NCBI GenBank assembly: GCA_047285305.1
Contig: JBJBDL010000003.1
Span: 896,001-960,000, forward strand
From: Synechococcus sp.
GTDB taxonomy: Bacteria; Cyanobacteriota; Cyanobacteriia; PCC-6307; Cyanobiaceae
DNA length: 64,000 nt
Direction of reading: 5' to 3'
In this document: positions 59,202 through 64,000 of the stretch, piece after piece
Layout of the letters: the number at the start of each line of letters is the position of its first letter
Numbering within the stretch: the first letter of the stretch is position 1
The notes under the pieces: model-generated
The model's database searches: none
The model's input: the letters and a program-made list of their open reading frames with translations, nothing else
What the model was told of the DNA's origin: nothing
Made by a program: the position numbers and the translations under genes

Positions 59202-59366
59202 ATGACCTACGAAGCCAAGAACTGGGCAGTTGTTGCAGCCGCCATGGAAGCTCAAGGAGCTACCAACAGCCAGATGTACCGACGCGCCAAAGCTATGGCC
59301 GAAGGAAAGGCAGATCCAATGCCGACGAGCTATCCAGCTGCGCCTCACAGCATCTCTGTTGCCTGA
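59202..59366 (+). CDS. 54-aa small protein, absent from the ORF track
   Basis: MTYEAKNWAVVAAAMEAQGATNSQMYRRAKAMAEGKADPMPTSYPAAPHSISVA*; followed by a hairpin. Confidence 0.72.
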   Translation: MTYEAKNWAVVAAAMEAQGATNSQMYRRAKAMAEGKADPMPTSYPAAPHSISVA

Positions 59367-59379
59367 TTTATTGCTCCAA

Positions 59380-59402
59380 GGACCCCGCGCGAGGTGGGGT
59401 CC
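59380..59402. terminator. Hairpin between convergent small genes
   Basis: GGACCCCGC-gcgag-GTGGGGTCC followed by a weak U-tract. Confidence 0.55.
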
Positions 59403-59414
59403 CTTCGTTGCTGC

Positions 59415-59612
59415 TCAACGGCCTTCTAGGGCTAAGGCTTGATCCATTCTCTTCTCCTCGGCAGTGAGGAAATCGGCCCACATCCCTATGAGAAAGCTCA
59501 GAGTAGCTAAGGCCTGTAGCTGCTCTTTCGAGCCAGGGCGGGTGTGTTTGAAGTCGATGAACATGCGATCAGCGGCTGATTGCTGTTCTTGGCATCGGGC
59601 GTCGATAGACAT
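59415..59612 (-). CDS. Small hypothetical protein (65 aa)
   Basis: MSIDARC.EQQ..ADRMF.DFK.T.PGS.EQ..AL.TLSFL..MW.DFL..EE.RM, protein-like. Confidence 0.68.
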   Translation of the reverse strand: MSIDARCQEQQSAADRMFIDFKHTRPGSKEQLQALATLSFLIGMWADFLTAEEKRMDQALALEGR

Positions 59613-59614
59613 TG

Positions 59615-59803
59615 TCAGGCCTCAACAACAGTTTTTAGGTCAGCTTTTTGATGAGCCTCTATGGAGGTTGCTTCAGCTGACTTGCTGCGTGGGGAGTCAC
59701 CAGCGTTGGAGCCGCCCATAAAGACAACCGAAGTGATGACAGCAACGATCACGCTCCCACTCAAAAAGGCGATGTTCGCTTGCGATTTTTTGACATGACT
59801 CAT
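59615..59803 (-). CDS. Small single-TM protein (62 aa)
   Basis: Basic N-terminus plus hydrophobic helix; ends 2 nt before the next ATG. Confidence 0.55.
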   Translation of the reverse strand: MSHVKKSQANIAFLSGSVIVAVITSVVFMGGSNAGDSPRSKSAEATSIEAHQKADLKTVVEA

Positions 59804-60096
59804 GTGGTCACACTACAAGCATTCGTTACATTTCGTCTTGTACTCGCTTTCGGGCCCTTATGCCCATCTCCAGTCAAGACCTGATCGTCTTCTTTTGCGG
59901 CTTTGGCGTGGCTCTCGTAGCCCTGAACCTCTACAAGTTGGCGCAGCCAGCAAAAGGCTGAGGTCAAAGTTGAACCCCTGGGGACGATCTGAGTCACTAG
60001 AGCATTGGTCACCCAATTGGTGGCGCCAGTATCGACAAGTGGCTTTTTCGCGCGTTGTAGGGCTACCACTTACAACAGGGTTAAAGGCATCCCCGC

Positions 60097-60282
60097 TTGG
60101 TCAAAAAACTCCATTGCCGCGTGTGCGGGAAGACAATCGAACTATCTGAAGTTGCTGCGAAGTACGCGGCTGGCTCAGCTGTACACGCTACGTGCGTTCC
60201 CAAGCCCAAGATCACTCGGAAAGGTCGCTCCTTTAAGTATCTGACTCGCTGGTTGGATCGTGTCTTGTGCGCATCCGACTAA
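60097..60282 (+). CDS. Small putative zinc-binding protein (61 aa)
   Basis: CRVC...HATC ligand pairs and a basic tail; followed by hairpin GAGGGGG-ctag-CTCCTTC. Confidence 0.5.
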   Translation: MVKKLHCRVCGKTIELSEVAAKYAAGSAVHATCVPKPKITRKGRSFKYLTRWLDRVLCASD

Positions 60283-60448
60283 GAGGGGGCTAGCTCCTTC
60301 ATGCCGCCACCGTTTCGCCGCTACCCATGCGGTGCACTGCGTTCCAGTTGAGGCAACCGCTGCCTCCTCCCCTCACAATTAATGAGTCTTCTGACGGGTA
60401 GGCCGGCATGCGTTTTCCGCCTATTACGAGTCAAGTCGCCACAAGACC

Positions 60449-60559
60449 ATGGACATGATGTTCTTCATAGGCGTGAATATCGCTCTTCTCGGCTTGCTCG
60501 TCTACGGCCTCATGACGGCCAAAGAGAAGATCAAGGCTGGCCGTAAAGAGATCGTCTGA
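60449..60559 (+). CDS. 36-aa single-TM peptide, absent from the ORF track
   Basis: MDMMFFIGVNIALLGLLVYGLMTAKEKIKAGRKEIV*; TM followed by a positive-inside tail. Confidence 0.55.
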   Translation: MDMMFFIGVNIALLGLLVYGLMTAKEKIKAGRKEIV

Positions 60560-61018
60560 CGTATTGGCTCACTAGCTGAGATCTCGGCCTGAGGTCCATG
60601 GCCTGCCCTATGGACGCCAGGCGCATTTTCATGGATGTGACTTTTGGCGACACCTGTTCCATGCATCTAGTCTGGATCCCGGGTCTCCTGGTCGATGTTG
60701 GGGATCCATGAAGAGGTTGTCGGTGGAGCGGCGCCACACCGGGACGAAAACGTTCAGCTTCTCGGCGAGCAACACGTCGAGGCAGGCCCAGCAAGACAGC
60801 AAGCCTTGATGGTTAGCGACCCTCCGTAGTTCTCGATGCTGCTAGTGAGCCAGAGCGGATTGAGCTGACCGCTCCAGGATTTGTTGTTGAGGCACTCCCG
60901 TGTGTCCAGCATCGAGTGGACATCACCACCAGCTGGCAGCACGGGCCAGATCACATCCAAGGTGCTCATCTCTGCCCTTGCCGCCATCCAGAGGCGTGGC
61001 TCGCCATAGCCGGTCGCC

Positions 61019-61249
61019 CTAGGTCAAGCCCCCGTCATGGAGTTCGAACAGCAGGCGGGCGGCGAGGCCACGGGAGATGCGTCGTGCCACGAGCAGATCG
61101 CAGATCCATTTGAAGAGCGGTGGCGCATCGGTGGTGGATGCCAGGCGTTGTTCGAGGGCCTTCAGCTCCTTCACGTCGCGGCAGCCCCTTAGGGCATCGA
61201 TCAGGGTGTCTTCAGCCGGCCGCGGCTTAGTGAGCTGAGTGCTGGTCAC
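61019..61249 (-). CDS. Small hypothetical protein (76 aa)
   Basis: LIDALRGC...EL..LE.RL......PPLF.WICDLLV.RRISRGLAA; GTG start. Confidence 0.65.
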   Translation of the reverse strand: MTSTQLTKPRPAEDTLIDALRGCRDVKELKALEQRLASTTDAPPLFKWICDLLVARRISRGLAARLLFELHDGGLT

Positions 61250-61328
61250 AGGCGTTGGCGCTAAATCCCCTCTGTCATGGCACTGGCGCAGTGCCCCTGT
61301 CACCCTTCGCCGCAGCGGAGGCATTTAC

Positions 61329-61358
61329 AAAAAAAGCTCCGGTGATCTCACCAGAGCT
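61329..61358 (-). terminator. Strong intrinsic terminator on the minus strand
   Basis: GCTCTGGTG-agat-CACCGGAGC-TTTTTTT. Confidence 0.8.
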
Positions 61359-61494
61359 CGAAGCATTCTCACCAATATTTTTCATGATCTGGTTTGGTTC
61401 CGTCAAAGGAGGTCGGCACATCTGATTGATTGCATTGGCGCGGCTTATCTCTTGTTTGAAAAGAGGGCTAAGCAAGGCTCCTTAAGATCATTTG

Positions 61495-64000
61495 ATGAAC
61501 CAATCGACACCGGCCACGCCCCGATCCGAGCCCGATGTCGATCGCAGTGCTCCACTGAATCCCTCAGAAATCTTTCCCTTCCCGCTGGATGATTTCCAGT
61601 TGGAGGCCATGGATGCCCTCAACCAGGGACATTCGGTCGTGGTCAGTGCCCCCACAGGATCCGGCAAAACCCTGATAGGTGAATACGCCATTCATCGTGC
61701 ACTGGCCCACGGCCAGAAGGTCTTCTACACCACACCTCTGAAGGCTCTTTCCAATCAGAAACTGCGCGATTTCCGCGATCAGTTCGGTGCGGAGAACGTG
61801 GGTTTGATGACCGGTGACCTAAGCGTGAATCGCGAGGCTTCCATCGTGGTGATGACCACGGAGATCTTCCGCAACATGCTCTACGCCGAGGCGGATGAGC
61901 ATGACGATCCCCTGGCTGATGTGGAAGCGGTGGTGCTCGATGAGTGTCACTACATGAACGACTCCCAGCGCGGCACTGTCTGGGAGGAGTCGATCATTCA
62001 CTGCCCACCCACAGTGCAGCTGGTGGCGCTCTCCGCGACCGTGGCCAATGCCGGGCAGCTGACCGACTGGATCGAGAAGGTTCATGGTCCGACCACGTTG
62101 GTGATGAGTGACCACCGGCCGGTGCCACTGCAGTTCAGCTTCTGCAGTGCTAAGGGGTTGCATCCACTGCTGAACGAAGCCGGTACGGGTCTTCATCCCA
62201 ACTGCAAGGTCTGGCGCGCGCCCAAGGGACACAAGCGCAAAGGACGTTCCCAGAGGCCGCCGCAACCCGAGCCACCACCGATCAGCTTTGTTGTGGCTCA
62301 GATGGCGGAGCGGCAGATGCTCCCGGCCATCTATTTCATCTTCAGCCGGCGCGGTTGTGATAAGGCGGTGCGGGACCTGGGGGTGCAGTGCCTGGTGACC
62401 CAGGAAGAGCAGGCGCGGATCAAGGAGCGCCTAACCGCCTATAGCCACGACAACCCCGAGGCAGTTCGGGATGGAATTCACGCTGATGCGCTGCTGCGGG
62501 GTATCGCTGCCCACCACGCCGGTGTTCTGCCCGCCTGGAAGGAGTTGATCGAAGAGCTCTTCCAGCAGGGGTTGGTGAAGGTGGTCTTTGCCACGGAGAC
62601 CCTGGCGGCGGGCATCAACATGCCGGCCCGCAGCACGGTGATTGCGGCCCTCTCCAAGCGCACAGAGCGGGGCCATCGCTCGCTGATGGGCAGTGAGTTC
62701 CTCCAGATGGCCGGCAGGGCCGGCCGGCGTGGCCTCGACTCTCAGGGCTACGTCGTGACGGTGCAAAGCCGGTTCGAAGGTGTGCGTGAAGCAGGTCAGC
62801 TGGCGACAAGTCCTGCCGACCCCCTGGTGAGCCAGTTCACCCCCAGCTATGGCATGGTTCTGAACCTGCTGCAGCGCCACGATCTGGCCAAGGCCAGGGA
62901 GCTGGTGGAGCGCAGTTTTGGCCGCTACCTGGCAGGGCTTGACCTCGTGGAGGACGAGGAGAACCTGTCTCAGCTGCGGTTGCAACTCAGCCAGCTGGAG
63001 GGCGTCGCCGGCGACATCCCCTGGGAAGACTTTGAGGACTACGAAAAAATGCGTGGGCGGCTCCGCGAAGAGCGGCGCTTACTCCGCATCCTTCAGCAGC
63101 AGGCCGAGGAGACGCTGGCCAATGAGCTGACGATGGCCCTGCAGTTCGCCAGCACCGGCACCCTGGTCAGCCTCAAATCGCCGCAGCTGCGGGGTCGTGT
63201 CGCGCCCGCGGTGGTCGTGGAGAAGGTAAAGGGGCCCGGTCAGTTCCCGCTGCTGCTCTGCCTGACCGATGAAAACGTCTGGATCCTGCTGCCCTGTCAG
63301 GCCGTGGTGAGTATCCATGCGGAGCTCAGTTGTCTGCAGGTGGATGGGCTGGATATCCCGGAGCTGTCCCGCTCCGGTGAGTTGCGCCATGGCGATCAGG
63401 CCAGTGGTGGTTTGGCGTTAGCCGTGGCCCATATGGCCCGGCGCCACGACATGACCACCCCGCAATACGACCTGGCTGGGGAGGTGTTGACCCAGGCCCG
63501 GCTGGTGCGGGATTTGGAGCAGGAGCAGGAGCAGCATCCGGCCCATCGCTGGGGAGATCGCAAACAGCTGAAGAAGCACCGCCGGCGCATGGAAGATCTG
63601 GAGCTGGAGATCGCTGAACGGCAGCAGCTGTTGCATCAGCGGGCCAACCGTCACTGGGAGACCTTCCTGGCCTTGATGGAGATCCTGCAGCACTTCGGAT
63701 GCCTCGATGAGCTGGATCCCACGGAGATCGGCCGCACCGTTGCTGCCTTGCGGGGGGACAACGAACTCTGGCTAGGGCTGGCGCTGATGAGTGGCCATCT
63801 CGATGACCTCTCCCCCCCCGATTTGGCGGCGGTGTTCGAGGCGATCAGCACCGAGGTCAACCGCCCCGACCTTTGGAGTGGCTTCCCACCGCCTGCGGCG
63901 GCTGAGGAAGCCCTGCAGGATCTTTCGGGTCTGCGTCGAGAGCTGCTGCGGGCCCAGGAACGCGCCGGTGTGGTGGTGCCGGCCTGGTGGGAACCCGAGC
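61495..64000 (+). CDS. Ski2/HelY-like DEAD/DEAH-box helicase (runs off the window end)
   Basis: FPFPLDDFQ, APTGSGKT, PLKALSNQK, DECH, LSAT, FATETLAAGINMP, QMAGRAGRRG; not in the ORF track because no stop lies in the window. Confidence 0.93.
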   Translation, partial: MNQSTPATPRSEPDVDRSAPLNPSEIFPFPLDDFQLEAMDALNQGHSVVVSAPTGSGKTLIGEYAIHRALAHGQKVFYTTPLKALSNQKLRDFRDQFGAENVGLMTGDLSVNREASIVVMTTEIFRNMLYAEADEHDDPLADVEAVVLDECHYMNDSQRGTVWEESIIHCPPTVQLVALSATVANAGQLTDWIEKVHGPTTLVMSDHRPVPLQFSFCSAKGLHPLLNEAGTGLHPNCKVWRAPKGHKRKGRSQRPPQPEPPPISFVVAQMAERQMLPAIYFIFSRRGCDKAVRDLGVQCLVTQEEQARIKERLTAYSHDNPEAVRDGIHADALLRGIAAHHAGVLPAWKELIEELFQQGLVKVVFATETLAAGINMPARSTVIAALSKRTERGHRSLMGSEFLQMAGRAGRRGLDSQGYVVTVQSRFEGVREAGQLATSPADPLVSQFTPSYGMVLNLLQRHDLAKARELVERSFGRYLAGLDLVEDEENLSQLRLQLSQLEGVAGDIPWEDFEDYEKMRGRLREERRLLRILQQQAEETLANELTMALQFASTGTLVSLKSPQLRGRVAPAVVVEKVKGPGQFPLLLCLTDENVWILLPCQAVVSIHAELSCLQVDGLDIPELSRSGELRHGDQASGGLALAVAHMARRHDMTTPQYDLAGEVLTQARLVRDLEQEQEQHPAHRWGDRKQLKKHRRRMEDLELEIAERQQLLHQRANRHWETFLALMEILQHFGCLDELDPTEIGRTVAALRGDNELWLGLALMSGHLDDLSPPDLAAVFEAISTEVNRPDLWSGFPPPAAAEEALQDLSGLRRELLRAQERAGVVVPAWWEPE

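Noticed and set aside
59171..59467. Track ORFs 59171..59467 and 59230..59442
   Set aside because: They are alternative frames over the more convincing 59202..59366 ORF and run through its hairpin.
60057..60074. TGTA...TACA palindrome as an NtcA site
   Set aside because: The spacer is 11 nt, not 8.
60565..60852. 12-bp inverted repeat TGGCTCACTAGC/GCTAGTGAGCCA as possible MITE ends
   Set aside because: It does not extend, has no target-site duplication or second copy, and one such match in 64 kb is plausible by chance.
60560..61018. ORFs 60531..60794, 60754..60987 and 60916..61113
   Set aside because: No recognisable motif; this may be a degraded gene but I cannot assign it.

Overview
High-GC window from a marine Synechococcus-type picocyanobacterium, judged from the split rpoB/rpoC1/rpoC2, an hli gene, ycf35 and cyanobacteria-specific DUFs. 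Most of it is core chromosome: pepA, tyrS-pyrF, plsY, mlaE, an MFS permease, tRNA-Gly, glgX, HU, gluQ, sdhCAB, tRNA-Thr, rimP-nusA-ylxR-infB, a Deg protease, rpiA, hisD, rpsT-tatD-rpoBC1C2-hli-rlmN, a sodium:solute symporter, DUF2997-ycf35-ferredoxin-AKR, rsmG, the bioF/bioK/bioC/bioD/bioA cluster, a BASS transporter and a truncated Ski2/HelY-like helicase. Two accessory patches (about 1-2000 and 58600-61450) are packed with microproteins and regulatory signals. Highlights: (i) an NtcA box plus a glutamine-II (Downstream-peptide) riboswitch ahead of a DUF4278 peptide; (ii) a LexA-type box ahead of a DUF3104 gene; (iii) a GIY-YIG nuclease with two clamp-binding-like QGDLF motifs; (iv) strongly structured rpoB and rimP leaders; (v) two orphan minus-strand terminators that suggest unannotated sRNAs, one carrying an anti-Shine-Dalgarno sequence; (vi) several small ORFs absent from the ORF track. 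No CRISPR array, IS, integrase or rRNA was seen. Family names come from motif recognition and recall, not from database searches.
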